From: a virus
Taxonomy: Duplodnaviria > Caudoviricetes
Strand: one strand, 5' to 3'
IMG/VR virus record: IMGVR_UViG_2936514734_000001
Span: 96,001-160,000 of that record
DNA: 64,000 bases
In this document: piece by piece, positions 30,980 to 41,455 of the stretch
How the letters are laid out: each line of letters starts with the position of its first letter
How positions within the stretch are numbered: the first letter of the stretch is position 1
Position numbers and translations under genes: made by a program
Notes under the pieces: generated by a model
What the model saw: the letters and a program-made list of their open reading frames with translations, nothing else
Databases searched by the model: none
What the model was told of the DNA's origin: nothing

Positions 30980-32764
30980 TTAAGCTGCTGATGCGCCTTC
31001 TTTTTTAATAGAAGAAATAAGTCTATTCATCATGCTTCTTTCCGATTGATTACGTTCAATTACCGCTTCTCCTAATTTCCGCTTTTCTTCTAATGTTTCT
31101 TGTATTTTTTCATCAATAGTACCCAATGTAACAAGGCTTATTATGTCTACTACATTATGTGTAGAACCTATTCTATGAACTCGCCCTGCTCGCTGTTCAA
31201 ATACAGCTGGATTCCATGGTGAATCATAATTAATCAAAGTATTAGCGAATTGAATGTTTAAGCCATAGTTTCCTGCGTCTGTTAAGATGAAAAACTTGTA
31301 GTCAGGATCATCTTTGAATGTGACTAACTGTTCCTGCCGCTGAGCTGAAGACATTGCTCCATTTAGTACAGCAACTTTTCCTATCTTACTTAACTCTTCA
31401 ACTATGAGACTTTGCATCTTTGCAAACTGAGTAAAGATAACGATCTTCTGCACCCCTGATTCAATTCGCTCTTTGCATATATCTACAAGCTCATTCAATT
31501 TAGGTGATTTGACCTTTTCAGGTATGAGATTTTGATAATGCTTAGACATACCGCCACCACCCATTGTTAATAGCAAAGGATGATCAGAAGATGCCACCAT
31601 CATATATAGATAACCTAGTACCTGATCTTCTTTTTTACGTTTTTCTTCAACCCAGTTTCCTTCTTCGTCATACCTTCCATTAACTTGTTGAGAAGACAGC
31701 TCTTCTAATAGAGCTAAGAAATCTTCCTGTATCTTGTTGTACAAAGCGGATTGGTCATTATTCATTTCAACATCTCGACGATGGAATATCATTGGCGGTA
31801 AGTCTTTTGCTACATCTTTCTTCAAACGACGTAACATATAAGGAGAAATGATACGGCGAAGTTCGCCTAATCGTTTTGGGCCAATAGGAACGTATCTACG
31901 CCCAAATTTAGAAGCATAAACAATGTATTTCTTACGAAACTCTGTTATCTTGCCTAAAAGACCGGGCTGAACCCATTCCATTAAGGCGTATAACTCTTCA
32001 ACATTGTTTTGGAGTGGTGTACCTGTACTTGCGAATCGGTAAGTAGAAGGCAATGATTTAATTGCTTTATAGGTTTGAGACTCTTTATTTTTCAATCGAT
32101 GGGCTTCATCAGCAATAATGACGTCATAATGAAATTCCTTCATCATATCTGCCATATTTCTTACTAGTTCATAGTTAGCTATACCAAACAGATAGCTACC
32201 ATTAATAAATTTAAGAAAAGCATTCTTTTTCTCTTTTGTATTTTTTCCATCTATAACAATATTTTTATGTCCTAGGAATTTATCTATTTCAGATGACCAC
32301 TGATACTTTAAAGAGCTAGGACAAATAACTAACACTTTCTTAACTTTTCCTTGTTTCCACAGCATATGAGCAGCACCCATTGTTTGTACGGTTTTACCTA
32401 ACCCCATGTCGTCGCCAATAATACCGCTTCCTACATGAGCTAGAAATGAAATCCCTTGCTGTTGAAACTCATAGGGCTGTAACTCGAAGTCGCTAAAATC
32501 CGTTAACATTGGAAATTCAGGAACTAATACTTCCTCAATGCCTTTTATGGATTCTATAGTTGTAAACCAAGCAGTTACGTCCTCATAACGCCTTGCAAAT
32601 TCATCCACATGACGTTTTGGGACCATCCACTTGTATTTCTCTTCAATGTAATAAGCGCCCGGTAGTGACCTCATAAACTCTGTATAAGACTTAAATGATT
32701 CACTAGATAATTTTGACTCTATACGAATATCTAAATAGTTATCCTGTAATCGGAGCGAAAACAA
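30980..32764 (-). CDS. SNF2-family helicase
   Basis: DDMGLGKT, DEAH, TGTPLQN, WNPA..QRAGRVHRIG. Confidence 0.95.
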   Translation of the reverse strand: MFSLRLQDNYLDIRIESKLSSESFKSYTEFMRSLPGAYYIEEKYKWMVPKRHVDEFARRYEDVTAWFTTIESIKGIEEVLVPEFPMLTDFSDFELQPYEFQQQGISFLAHVGSGIIGDDMGLGKTVQTMGAAHMLWKQGKVKKVLVICPSSLKYQWSSEIDKFLGHKNIVIDGKNTKEKKNAFLKFINGSYLFGIANYELVRNMADMMKEFHYDVIIADEAHRLKNKESQTYKAIKSLPSTYRFASTGTPLQNNVEELYALMEWVQPGLLGKITEFRKKYIVYASKFGRRYVPIGPKRLGELRRIISPYMLRRLKKDVAKDLPPMIFHRRDVEMNNDQSALYNKIQEDFLALLEELSSQQVNGRYDEEGNWVEEKRKKEDQVLGYLYMMVASSDHPLLLTMGGGGMSKHYQNLIPEKVKSPKLNELVDICKERIESGVQKIVIFTQFAKMQSLIVEELSKIGKVAVLNGAMSSAQRQEQLVTFKDDPDYKFFILTDAGNYGLNIQFANTLINYDSPWNPAVFEQRAGRVHRIGSTHNVVDIISLVTLGTIDEKIQETLEEKRKLGEAVIERNQSERSMMNRLISSIKKEGASAA

Positions 32765-32783
32765 TAACGATCCCTCCTAGTAA

Positions 32784-33680
32784 TTAGTTAAGGATTTCAA
32801 TTTTTATATTTCTCTTACCGAAATCAATAGCATGATCTAAAGATGTCATATAGATATCTACTCTATTTCCATCAATGGCACCGCCACGATCTGCAACCTC
32901 ATAGACTCCATTAATAGAAGGGTAATCTTCGCATGTGATTCTTACTTTTGTTCCTAATGGAACCCAGCTATCCATTGCGACCATTCCAGGTTGCACAGTT
33001 TTTCCTGAAGCCGTTACTCCTGTAACACCCGGTTCATTTAAGGTATAAGCAGAAGCTACACCATTTACGACCTGTTTTGTTTCGGTAGTATTTTCTACTG
33101 GTTGTGATGTTTGATTACTAACTTTTTCTACCTTTGATTCTTCTGCTTTTAGTTTTTGCGGTTGTACATTGTTAGTAGCAGAAGATTTAGGAGTAGGTAT
33201 GTTAGTAACAGAAGCCTTTTTAGTCTGTTCTGATTTTACTGGTGAAGTTGTTTTAGCAGACGAATTATCGGCTTTTACTTGCCTGGGATAGTTCTTCTGT
33301 TCTTTTAATTCACTAGATAACGAACTGTTCTTTTGTTCAAGCTCCTTATTTTTTGCTTCAAGATTACTTTTCTGTTCAGACAGAGCTTCCTTTTCTTTTT
33401 TTAAGGACTCTTTTTCCTTGGAAAGTTTTTCTACTTGTTCAGCAAGTTTATCTATTTTTTCTTGCTCTTCTTTTTGATGCTGCTCTATTTCTTTGGCGTA
33501 TTTATTAGCAGCGGCTAATTGATGGACAGTTTTTTTATGGTCTTTACTTAAGGTGGTTAGATCCGCGTTTAGATCATGGTTCTCGTGAAATAGAAATCCT
33601 ACGCCGCCAGCCACTACAATTGCTGCTGAAACCTTCATGCAGTTTTGTATTACTTTGCCCTTTGTGATTTTTTGTTTCAT
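32784..33680 (-). CDS. Membrane-anchored coiled-coil 3D-domain cell-wall protein
   Basis: N-terminal TM, coiled coil, ASAYT..TASG..AMD..ADRGGAIDGNRVDIY. Confidence 0.88.
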   Translation of the reverse strand: MKQKITKGKVIQNCMKVSAAIVVAGGVGFLFHENHDLNADLTTLSKDHKKTVHQLAAANKYAKEIEQHQKEEQEKIDKLAEQVEKLSKEKESLKKEKEALSEQKSNLEAKNKELEQKNSSLSSELKEQKNYPRQVKADNSSAKTTSPVKSEQTKKASVTNIPTPKSSATNNVQPQKLKAEESKVEKVSNQTSQPVENTTETKQVVNGVASAYTLNEPGVTGVTASGKTVQPGMVAMDSWVPLGTKVRITCEDYPSINGVYEVADRGGAIDGNRVDIYMTSLDHAIDFGKRNIKIEILN

Positions 33681-33885
33681 GTTGAATCAATCCTCTCGTG
33701 TTTTATTTCTGTTGTATTGGTAGTTAAATAAAACTTGGTGGATAATAAGATATGGAGAATAAAAAAGAGTCCACCAAATAACGATGGACTCTTTTAATAT
33801 ATTTTAAATACATGTTTAATTTTAGTTGTTGGGTACTAGTCGATTAGTAAATGGATATGTAATGGGTTACACACACTGCATAGTG

Positions 33886-34128
33886 TTATTCACTAACAGG
33901 TGGGAACTCCTTCTTTTCATACCATTGATGACGACATGCACGCTTCAAGCAAGTATACTTAATACGAGTCTTCCATTCATCTTTATAAGACTTCGCATTT
34001 CCACACTCAGGGCATTGATTCTCGACGTAACGATCCTTGTAGGTATTGCCCTTAGTTTTATGACCTCTTGATTGTGCATTGTATGATACTACTTGTTTAG
34101 TTTCCATATCTATTCCACCCCTACGCAA
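33886..34128 (-). CDS. Small Zn-ribbon protein
   Basis: CPECG..C..ACRHQW. Confidence 0.55.
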   Translation of the reverse strand: MRRGGIDMETKQVVSYNAQSRGHKTKGNTYKDRYVENQCPECGNAKSYKDEWKTRIKYTCLKRACRHQWYEKKEFPPVSE

Positions 34129-34253
34129 TTTTACAACAGTTATTTTTCACCTTAAATATTCCTAAACCATAATATTAAATGTCCAAGGAGAAACATAAGC
34201 ACTTCCCCTACCATTTGGCAAGTGCTTATTGTTAAAAAAATAAAATACAGTAA

Positions 34254-34853
34254 TTATTTTTTATTGTTGTAATGTTCTAGTAGATCGTATAGGATAGACA
34301 GTCTTTTTTCTTCATAACTCTGGTGGAGCTGAAAGTTTGCCTTGACCGCTTCCACACGATCGATATTGCCTGCAACTAAGTTTTCTACATCTTCTAAGAT
34401 TGCAGCCATCTCTTTATGAGCTTTACCAAACACTTCATCGAAATCCTTTGAAACAGCAAGAGGAAAGATACTATAGATTTTGGTAAATTCATTCATCATA
34501 TGACGATGAACATACATCATATATTGTTTAATCTTAGCTACTTCTTGTAAGCCGATAGAAACAGCTCTTGCTTCTTGATCACGGGTAAGGGGTGGCAAAG
34601 GTGTTCTACTAACGAATTGTTCCCATTTGTCGTCACCAATAGAAGGAGGAATATAATCCTGAGCTGCTTGTTCCATTTGTTCAGGTGTAAGTTCTTTCGC
34701 TTCTTCTGTAAATAAAGTATCTTCTAGTGTTTCATTAGCTTTGGGCATTACAACATTATTTTTCTTTGGTTCTTCACCATTTAGTAAATCGCCAAAAGTT
34801 TCTTCGAATACATTCTCTTTTTTGTTATCTTGGTTTTTTTGGTTTTCTTCCAT
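34254..34853 (-). CDS. Hypothetical protein
   Basis: RBS, ORF. Confidence 0.65.
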   Translation of the reverse strand: MEENQKNQDNKKENVFEETFGDLLNGEEPKKNNVVMPKANETLEDTLFTEEAKELTPEQMEQAAQDYIPPSIGDDKWEQFVSRTPLPPLTRDQEARAVSIGLQEVAKIKQYMMYVHRHMMNEFTKIYSIFPLAVSKDFDEVFGKAHKEMAAILEDVENLVAGNIDRVEAVKANFQLHQSYEEKRLSILYDLLEHYNNKK

Positions 34854-34859
34854 ATAAAA

Positions 34860-35051
34860 TTACTCCCTCTTTGAAAAAATAAGTTTGTTACAATTAGTGC
34901 ACGAATATCGTATTTCAGTTTTTTCAGGGAGCTCGTTAAACTCTATCACTCTTCCAGCGGAATCTTTTTTATACGAGGCTAATACGCAAACCTCTTTTCT
35001 TAAATAGGCTTGTTCGCATTCACACCTAGTAAAATCCTCATGAAGTCTCAA
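34860..35051 (-). CDS. Small Zn-binding protein
   Basis: CEC..CTNC. Confidence 0.55.
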   Translation of the reverse strand: MRLHEDFTRCECEQAYLRKEVCVLASYKKDSAGRVIEFNELPEKTEIRYSCTNCNKLIFSKRE

Positions 35052-35332
35052 TCATAATTCCTCCCTTGGATGTATTTACTGGTAGAAGTTATTTCCCCAT
35101 GTCTAACAACAAGTTATCTGCTATCCTAGGATAAGTAACTTGTTATATATTTCTATTCTTATATACCTTCAAAGTTAAAATCATTTATATCTGTATAGAC
35201 TTGGAAGATAAAAAGAAATATTAGTAAATAATTTGACAATGTTTTCTAATATAGTATAAATCGGTTTGTAAATTGAGTAAACATACTATTCGTGACTCAT
35301 AAGAAAACGCTTACATTAAAAAAAGAAAGCCT

Positions 35333-35740
35333 TCATCGGAAAGATGGCCGCTTTCTTAAAGTTACTGATCTATTAAGATTTCTATACTCTGATTTATTTA
35401 GATGGTTGTAGCACCTCTTAGTAATGGGTAGGCGCATTATTTTTAGGTCTGCCCACCACGGACCATAAGTAGCATTGTCCCATCCATAACCTATTAGCTT
35501 ATCGAGGTTAATTGCTGCATATCGGGTAACTTTTTCAAACCTGCAGTTACGCCTGTTGAAATAGTTAACCCAAAATGACAGCGAATCTTTAAATCTGTAT
35601 ACTACATTATTTGACACATACACAAGAACATGATGCTGTGTTTCTTCATCAAGCTTGATGCAATATATCTTTTCGTGAAAAGGTTGAAGTTCTGTAATTT
35701 CGTCTGGTAGCTTGCCTTGTACTTCGTAGATATCAGACAT
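35333..35740 (-). CDS. Stand-alone LytTR-type DNA-binding protein (no receiver domain)
   Basis: SLSFW..RFEKVTRYAAINLDKL..LPITKR resembles LytTR F.R.HRS.IVNL..I..LPVSR. Confidence 0.6.
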   Translation of the reverse strand: MSDIYEVQGKLPDEITELQPFHEKIYCIKLDEETQHHVLVYVSNNVVYRFKDSLSFWVNYFNRRNCRFEKVTRYAAINLDKLIGYGWDNATYGPWWADLKIMRLPITKRCYNHLNKSEYRNLNRSVTLRKRPSFR

Positions 35741-35751
35741 ACTTTTTCACC

Positions 35752-35907
35752 TTAATGCCACCACCAAGATAAGCTTGAGGCTTCATATATAGATGAATCA
35801 TCAAAACCTGCCTCAGCTTGCATTGTGTCAGCTTCAGCATAAGCAACAGTGGCGAAGGTAGCTAAAATTAGAGACATTACAAAACCTAATGTAATTTTTC
35901 TAGTCAT
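35752..35907 (-). CDS. Secreted 51-aa peptide precursor (not in track)
   Basis: GGAGGTG RBS; MTRKITLGFVMSLILATFATVAYA|EADTMQAEAGFDDSSIYEASSLSWWWH; Sec signal with AYA site. Confidence 0.8.
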   Translation of the reverse strand: MTRKITLGFVMSLILATFATVAYAEADTMQAEAGFDDSSIYEASSLSWWWH

Positions 35908-36604
35908 GCTTGTTCACCTCCTCGATTGGTTTTAAGAATTGGATTTCATCGTGTTCTTTCTTTAAAGCATATGCTAGTAGAAAAACGAACACAAAAAATG
36001 AACTAATTGATAAGAATGTTAAGCTAGGGGTAATAGAATTAAGGTGTGTAAATATAATAGTAGAAGGAAGACAAAGTGATGCGCAAATTGATATTCCAAT
36101 TACTAAGTTACGCTCCCATTTGAAACGAATTCTTTCAAAATCAAATGTAAAACCCCATCCTTTTAGATAAAGCAAAACTGCTATTAAGCTATAAACCAGA
36201 CCAGAAGTAATATCCAAGGCATAATTGCGCCATATATGTTGTTTCAGTTCCGCCGGCATAAAAAAGCCAAACGAACTAAATATAATCCCGAGTTGAACCA
36301 CAAGCGGAAGAATAAGACCTCCCGAAACTGTCACCATTAATGACCAGATTGTTGGGATTTTAACTACAGCTGTTAGGTAGAGAAAGGTGATTAAGACTGA
36401 TATGATCGGGACCACATAACCAATTTTAGCATCCGTATTAAAATAGACTAAATAATTGATTATGCTATTTAAAAGTGAAACAACCGCAATCTTTTTAAAA
36501 TGACGACGTACCCTTAGTTGAAATAGGGCTGACATGATTACAAAAGTACCAATATTATAGATACTTTGTGATAGTACAAACCATTCTAAATTAGCGGAAT
36601 TCAA
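35900..36604 (-). CDS. Polytopic membrane protein (~7 TM), AgrC-sensor-like without kinase domain
   Basis: Multiple hydrophobic helices; AGGGGAG RBS; stop overlaps peptide start. Confidence 0.7.
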   Translation of the reverse strand: MNSANLEWFVLSQSIYNIGTFVIMSALFQLRVRRHFKKIAVVSLLNSIINYLVYFNTDAKIGYVVPIISVLITFLYLTAVVKIPTIWSLMVTVSGGLILPLVVQLGIIFSSFGFFMPAELKQHIWRNYALDITSGLVYSLIAVLLYLKGWGFTFDFERIRFKWERNLVIGISICASLCLPSTIIFTHLNSITPSLTFLSISSFFVFVFLLAYALKKEHDEIQFLKPIEEVNKHD

Positions 36605-36745
36605 ATATTTCTCCCCTTTTATTCTCTACTTCTACCTAGTAAAAATTTCATGCAGTTAATGTTTTCTTCCTTAATTGGGTGTCTTTTATCACAGGAATTA
36701 TTTTCGCATATATAGCCAATATAATCCACAATTTGATGATGAAAA

Positions 36746-37528
36746 TTAGATGACATTTCTGTTATTTTTCTGACCATTTTTACTAATTTGACTTCTCAAT
36801 TCTTCTACTTCTTCACGAAGTCTTCTTAGTTCCTGGTACATTTCTATTTCCATGTCAAATGACTTTACCAAATAAATAGATTCGTCATTTTTATAGCGGA
36901 ATGGTATTACCCAATACGGTCTGTTTTCTTGAAATGCTTCAAGCTCTTGCTTTTCAAGCCATTCTTTAGGAATACTGATAGTTTTCTCTCCTCGTGCATT
37001 TAACGTTCCCCTCTCTTTACATTCCATCAAATAGTCTTGGGTTTTGATGTCTCCTTTTGCATACCACATTGCTCCACTGTTGGCTTGACGCTTAGCGTCT
37101 TCAATAGGTTTTTTTCTCATTGTTGGTGTGGCACCCATTGTAGATAATGAAACTCGTGAAAGAGGATTTACAGGTATTTCTTTAGGGACTTCTTCCTTAT
37201 CATCAGATGATTCTACCTGTATACGAGGTTTTTGTATTTTAGTCTTTTTGTTCGATTGCTTGAAACCCGTAGAGGAAGTAGGACTTTTTGCTTGATAAGC
37301 TGAATTCCATTTCTTTGCTACGGTCTTTTCAAAGGCCATCCCCTCCTTTCGTTCGTCTTTATGAATTCGAAAAGCCGCATTACGCTCAGCTTGTTTTTTC
37401 TGTTCTCTTATTCTGAGCTTTTCTGCTCTTTCCTCATGACTGTTTTTATACAACCGCACACCATCACATAGGTGACAGAGTGCGGAATTCTCACACTTGT
37501 TATGAGTTTCTTGGCTACACTTATGCAA
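36746..37528 (-). CDS. Hjc-like PD-(D/E)XK resolvase/endonuclease
   Basis: GMAFEK, NSGA..KGDI..LMECK. Confidence 0.7.
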   Translation of the reverse strand: MHKCSQETHNKCENSALCHLCDGVRLYKNSHEERAEKLRIREQKKQAERNAAFRIHKDERKEGMAFEKTVAKKWNSAYQAKSPTSSTGFKQSNKKTKIQKPRIQVESSDDKEEVPKEIPVNPLSRVSLSTMGATPTMRKKPIEDAKRQANSGAMWYAKGDIKTQDYLMECKERGTLNARGEKTISIPKEWLEKQELEAFQENRPYWVIPFRYKNDESIYLVKSFDMEIEMYQELRRLREEVEELRSQISKNGQKNNRNVI

Positions 37529-37799
37529 CAGCCATCAACTCCATTTCTAACTTTTCATTGTATTTATAATTAGTTGCATCTTCATTTAAGCGATAAATAG
37601 TTACAACACGGCTCTTATAGCAGACCGCTTGATACTTAGAAGTTACTAAGATATAGTGATCCTTTACCTTAGAAGGTTTACGGTACCTTACATCTCGTTG
37701 CAAGTCTCTATTTATTTGGGTAATGATTCGCTTTCGAGAAGCGGTTTTCTTACCGATACGCCCTTTATACCTCCTTACCGCATGTCTTGTAATTGTCAT
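37521..37799 (-). CDS. Basic hypothetical protein
   Basis: ITRHAVRRY..R, VVTIY. Confidence 0.55.
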   Translation of the reverse strand: MTITRHAVRRYKGRIGKKTASRKRIITQINRDLQRDVRYRKPSKVKDHYILVTSKYQAVCYKSRVVTIYRLNEDATNYKYNEKLEMELMAVA

Positions 37800-37825
37800 A
37801 CGATTAGCCCTCCTTTCTTTGAGTA

Positions 37826-38368
37826 TTATGAGTTCCTTGCAAATGAAGAAAATGAATCTTGTGAAACCATTAAGTCTTTATCTAGTTTCAATAAGCCATT
37901 AATTGTAATTAAGCGATTTTGCTTGTTAGTCAGAACATCAAGTATCCCTTTTACATACATATAACGGTCGGTTGTTTCACGTTGCATGTCATAGAGGGTT
38001 AAACCACTATCAGTTTTAACTTTTTGCACTTCTAACACCGCATTACGTTTACGATCATCTTCATTTCTACCTTTAAGACCTACTCTTTCAATCTCTTTTA
38101 CCATCAAGTCGATTCTCTCTTTAGATGCTTCTAAGTCTGAGAATTGTAAACGAAGAAAAGAATAAATGTTATCGATACGTGATAAGATACTAATCGCCAT
38201 ACCAGCATTAACATCTGTAGGGATTTGAATAGATGTAACATTTGCACTAAGAGCAGAACGATAACCGTTCCACTCCTCTTTTGTCATATCAACTATTGGG
38301 TTAGTTGCATGAACAACTATTGGATTTTCTCTAGGCGTAGTTGCTGGATTTACATTATTCATGGTCAT
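37826..38368 (-). CDS. Helical hypothetical protein
   Basis: Operon ORF. Confidence 0.6.
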   Translation of the reverse strand: MTMNNVNPATTPRENPIVVHATNPIVDMTKEEWNGYRSALSANVTSIQIPTDVNAGMAISILSRIDNIYSFLRLQFSDLEASKERIDLMVKEIERVGLKGRNEDDRKRNAVLEVQKVKTDSGLTLYDMQRETTDRYMYVKGILDVLTNKQNRLITINGLLKLDKDLMVSQDSFSSFARNS

Positions 38369-38979
38369 GCCACCTTCTTTTCTTCTAAAAGAGAAAGTGT
38401 GCGATCTAGGATTTGCTTATGCAATTCTTCAACTTCCTTTGTACCATCCAATATTAAAGCTCGATCTGATTCTTGCTCAATAGTCATGATGCGTAGATAA
38501 TTGTCGCGAGCTTTACTTAATAGAGCACTATCACTTTCATACTTGTCATTCTCTCCCCATTTACCTTTACGCTTCATAGATTCTTCTGGTGAGATATCTA
38601 AAAAGAATTCAAAATTAGGCTCCGGCATACGATCTAACAAGCTTAAAGTAAAGTCAATATCAACTCCATTAGCTGTGCTATAAGCAAATTGACTTGTAAG
38701 ATAGCGGTCTAGAATAAGCACATCTGTCTTTTCCTTAATTTCTTCAAACCAATCTAACTGAGCATACTTATCCGCTGCCATAATACATTCAATAGCAAGT
38801 TGATTTGCCTGGTATTCGCCATCTAAAAACTTACGAATAAGTTGACCCGTTGGTGTGTCATAACGATGAAATTCAGATTTCTCTACGTTATAACCACGTT
38901 CATATAATGCCTGATATAGTAACTCAGATTGAGATTTCTTACCGCTCTTATCTAATCCTTCAAACGTAATAATAATCAT
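38365..38979 (-). CDS. tmk: Thymidylate kinase
   Basis: FEGLDKSGKKSQ, LDRYLTS. Confidence 0.92.
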   Translation of the reverse strand: MIIITFEGLDKSGKKSQSELLYQALYERGYNVEKSEFHRYDTPTGQLIRKFLDGEYQANQLAIECIMAADKYAQLDWFEEIKEKTDVLILDRYLTSQFAYSTANGVDIDFTLSLLDRMPEPNFEFFLDISPEESMKRKGKWGENDKYESDSALLSKARDNYLRIMTIEQESDRALILDGTKEVEELHKQILDRTLSLLEEKKVA

Positions 38980-39461
38980 GCTGCCTTCACTCCTGTGCTT
39001 CCAAATCCTCCATTACGTTCCAGCTTACTAGATTGAGCATCTTCATCTGCTTTTAAGTAAGGTAGGAAAATTCCTTGGGCAATACGGTCCCCATGATTAA
39101 CTCTGAAGACTTCTTCTCCCTCGTTTCGAAGTAAGATTAAGATATGATTACCATAAAAATCTGAATCAATGACTCCTGTAGCATTTTGTAAAGTTAAGTT
39201 ATTTCCATAAGCTAACCCGCTTCTTACAAATAAAGCGAGCCATTCATCTACTCCCATATAAGCAGTTAAGCCAGTATTAACAATAGCTTTAGTGTTTGGC
39301 GGGATAACGTAATCGCCAATTGCACAAATATCGTATCCCGCTGAATCATTTGTTTTACGAACAGGCTTCTTTACTGATCCATTAGCAAAATGCTCCTGAA
39401 AGTTTTCCAATACTTCAAAACCTCTACGCTTTTTTCTTTTAAAAAAATTAAACAATTTCAT
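38976..39461 (-). CDS. dut: Trimeric dUTPase
   Basis: SAGYD, RSGLA, GVIDSDF, RIAQGI, RNGGFGSTG. Confidence 0.95.
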   Translation of the reverse strand: MKLFNFFKRKKRRGFEVLENFQEHFANGSVKKPVRKTNDSAGYDICAIGDYVIPPNTKAIVNTGLTAYMGVDEWLALFVRSGLAYGNNLTLQNATGVIDSDFYGNHILILLRNEGEEVFRVNHGDRIAQGIFLPYLKADEDAQSSKLERNGGFGSTGVKAA

Positions 39462-39490
39462 GTTGATTCTTCCTCCTGTAGAAAAATTGG

Positions 39491-41455
39491 CTATGCAGTT
39501 TGTACCATGACCGTTTTGTAATCTCCTGGTATTTCATCTAAAAACGGACTAGGTTTTTGCCTAATCGGTTTTTGAGAACCATACTCATACTTAAAGGCGG
39601 AATGGGTTAGATATAAACGTTTTCCTGCCCTGGTCATAGCTACATACATCAATCGCCGCTCTTCTTCCATATCAGCAGGATTTCCTTTAGAACGATAATG
39701 TGGGAATACATCATCTTCTAAACCAATAACGAATGTTTCAGGCCATTCTAAACCTTTTGCAGAGTGTACCGAAGTAAGAGTTACAAAATCATCTTCATCT
39801 TCTTCTGCCTCTCCATCTAAACTTATCTCTGAAACGAATTGAGCTAAGGTATTAATATCCTTTTCTTGTGCATCCCAGTGTCGTGCATAATCTCTCAAGT
39901 GGGTTACGTTCTCAATCCTTGCTTCATCCTCTTCTTTATCCCTATCAAATTGCTTCATAAAGTCAGTTTTCTTCAACAAGATACGTAAGAACTTAGCTGC
40001 AGAAAACTCCTCTTCTAAGCCAGCTTGATAAAGCTCCTGCATAATTGAGACATAACCTTTTATCTTCGTCACAGTACCTTTATTAATCTTACTTTGAGCT
40101 GCTACTTCATCAATATTCTGCAAAGCAACAAACATCGGTATTTTACGTTCTTGAGCAAACAATCGAACCTTATTAACAGTTGCTTCACCAATTGCTCTCT
40201 TAGGTACGTTAATCGTCTTTTCAATCGCATAATCGTCTGCCAGGTTATGACTAGCACGAATATAAGAAACGATATCTTTGATTTCTTTTCTGTCATAGAA
40301 AGAGGTTGTTCCTACTATTTTGTAAGGAATATTTTCATCTCTCAATGCAAGTTCTAGATGTTTTGATTGGAAGTTCATACGATACAGAACCGCGAAGTCT
40401 TTCCAATCACACTTCGATGTTTTACGGATATTCACTATTAATCGAGCTACAAAATCAGCTTCTCTTGAAGCATCATTAAAGCGGAATACATGAATATCGT
40501 CACCGGTTGTTCCAACGGAGAAAGCTTCTCTTTCTAATCGCATTTTGTTATGAGAAACCAAAGAGTTAGAGGCGTTCACGATTTTTTGTGTAGAACGATA
40601 ATTTTCTTGAAGTAAGATTACTTTTGTATCAGGATGTAATCTTTGATAATTTAGGATGTTTTCGATCTTAGCAGAGCGGAATGAATAGATAGATTGATCC
40701 GCATCACCTACTAAAAAAATGTTTCCGTGCTTCTGTGATAGCATTTCAATTAATTCAAATTGAACTTTGTTTGTATCCTGAAACTCGTCTACTAAAATGT
40801 AGCGAAATAGATTTTGATACTTCCCTAACAATTCGGGATTTGATTTAAATAAATTAACTGTCTTTAATAACAGATCATCAAAATCAAAATAATTATGAAC
40901 AGCTTTTAAATCTTCATATAATTGATAAACATTAGCTGCATCTGCTTTGTCTCGTTTCCCCTGTGTTTGTGATTGTGCTTCACCAGGTGTAATAGCATCA
41001 TTTTTCCATGAAGAAATTTGACCAAGAAGACTAAATACCGCCTGCTTATCGACTTCAATGCCTAACTGAACAGCCGCTGTTTTTATCATAGCCTTCTGAT
41101 CTGAATCGTCCATTAACGTAAACATTTCTAAGCCTAAATGATGAAGGTTAGTAGATAAGATTCTGTTACATACACTATGAAATGTACCTATCCATGCTTT
41201 AAATGCTCGAGAATCAATATTGTTTACACGTTCTTTCATCTCTTTTGCACTTTTGTTTGTAAATGTGATAGCTAAAATACGCCAAGGATCTACTCCTTGC
41301 TCTAATAAGTACGCAATACGAGTAGTTAGCACTTTTGTTTTTCCAGAACCAGCTCCTGCTAAAACAAGATTACGTCCTTCTGTTTCTAGTACCGCTCGTT
41401 TTTGGCTATCATTTAGCCCTTGCAATAAAGGGTTTTCCAATGCTGTTGTTAGCAC
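39491..41455 (-). CDS. pcrA: PcrA/UvrD superfamily 1 helicase
   Basis: AGAGSGKT, TFTNK, VDEFQD, GDADQSIY, HSAKGLE, EERRLMYVAMTRA. Confidence 0.95.
   Translation of the reverse strand: MLTTALENPLLQGLNDSQKRAVLETEGRNLVLAGAGSGKTKVLTTRIAYLLEQGVDPWRILAITFTNKSAKEMKERVNNIDSRAFKAWIGTFHSVCNRILSTNLHHLGLEMFTLMDDSDQKAMIKTAAVQLGIEVDKQAVFSLLGQISSWKNDAITPGEAQSQTQGKRDKADAANVYQLYEDLKAVHNYFDFDDLLLKTVNLFKSNPELLGKYQNLFRYILVDEFQDTNKVQFELIEMLSQKHGNIFLVGDADQSIYSFRSAKIENILNYQRLHPDTKVILLQENYRSTQKIVNASNSLVSHNKMRLEREAFSVGTTGDDIHVFRFNDASREADFVARLIVNIRKTSKCDWKDFAVLYRMNFQSKHLELALRDENIPYKIVGTTSFYDRKEIKDIVSYIRASHNLADDYAIEKTINVPKRAIGEATVNKVRLFAQERKIPMFVALQNIDEVAAQSKINKGTVTKIKGYVSIMQELYQAGLEEEFSAAKFLRILLKKTDFMKQFDRDKEEDEARIENVTHLRDYARHWDAQEKDINTLAQFVSEISLDGEAEEDEDDFVTLTSVHSAKGLEWPETFVIGLEDDVFPHYRSKGNPADMEEERRLMYVAMTRAGKRLYLTHSAFKYEYGSQKPIRQKPSPFLDEIPGDYKTVMVQTA

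Noticed and set aside
35233-35260. Plus-strand TTGACA-16-TATAAA antisense to the LytTR gene
   Set aside because: Plausible, but AT-rich context and no downstream feature to support it
35752-35907. Arbitrium AimP or Phr peptide
   Set aside because: No adjacent TPR/RRNPP receptor; neighbours are a membrane protein and a LytTR-like protein
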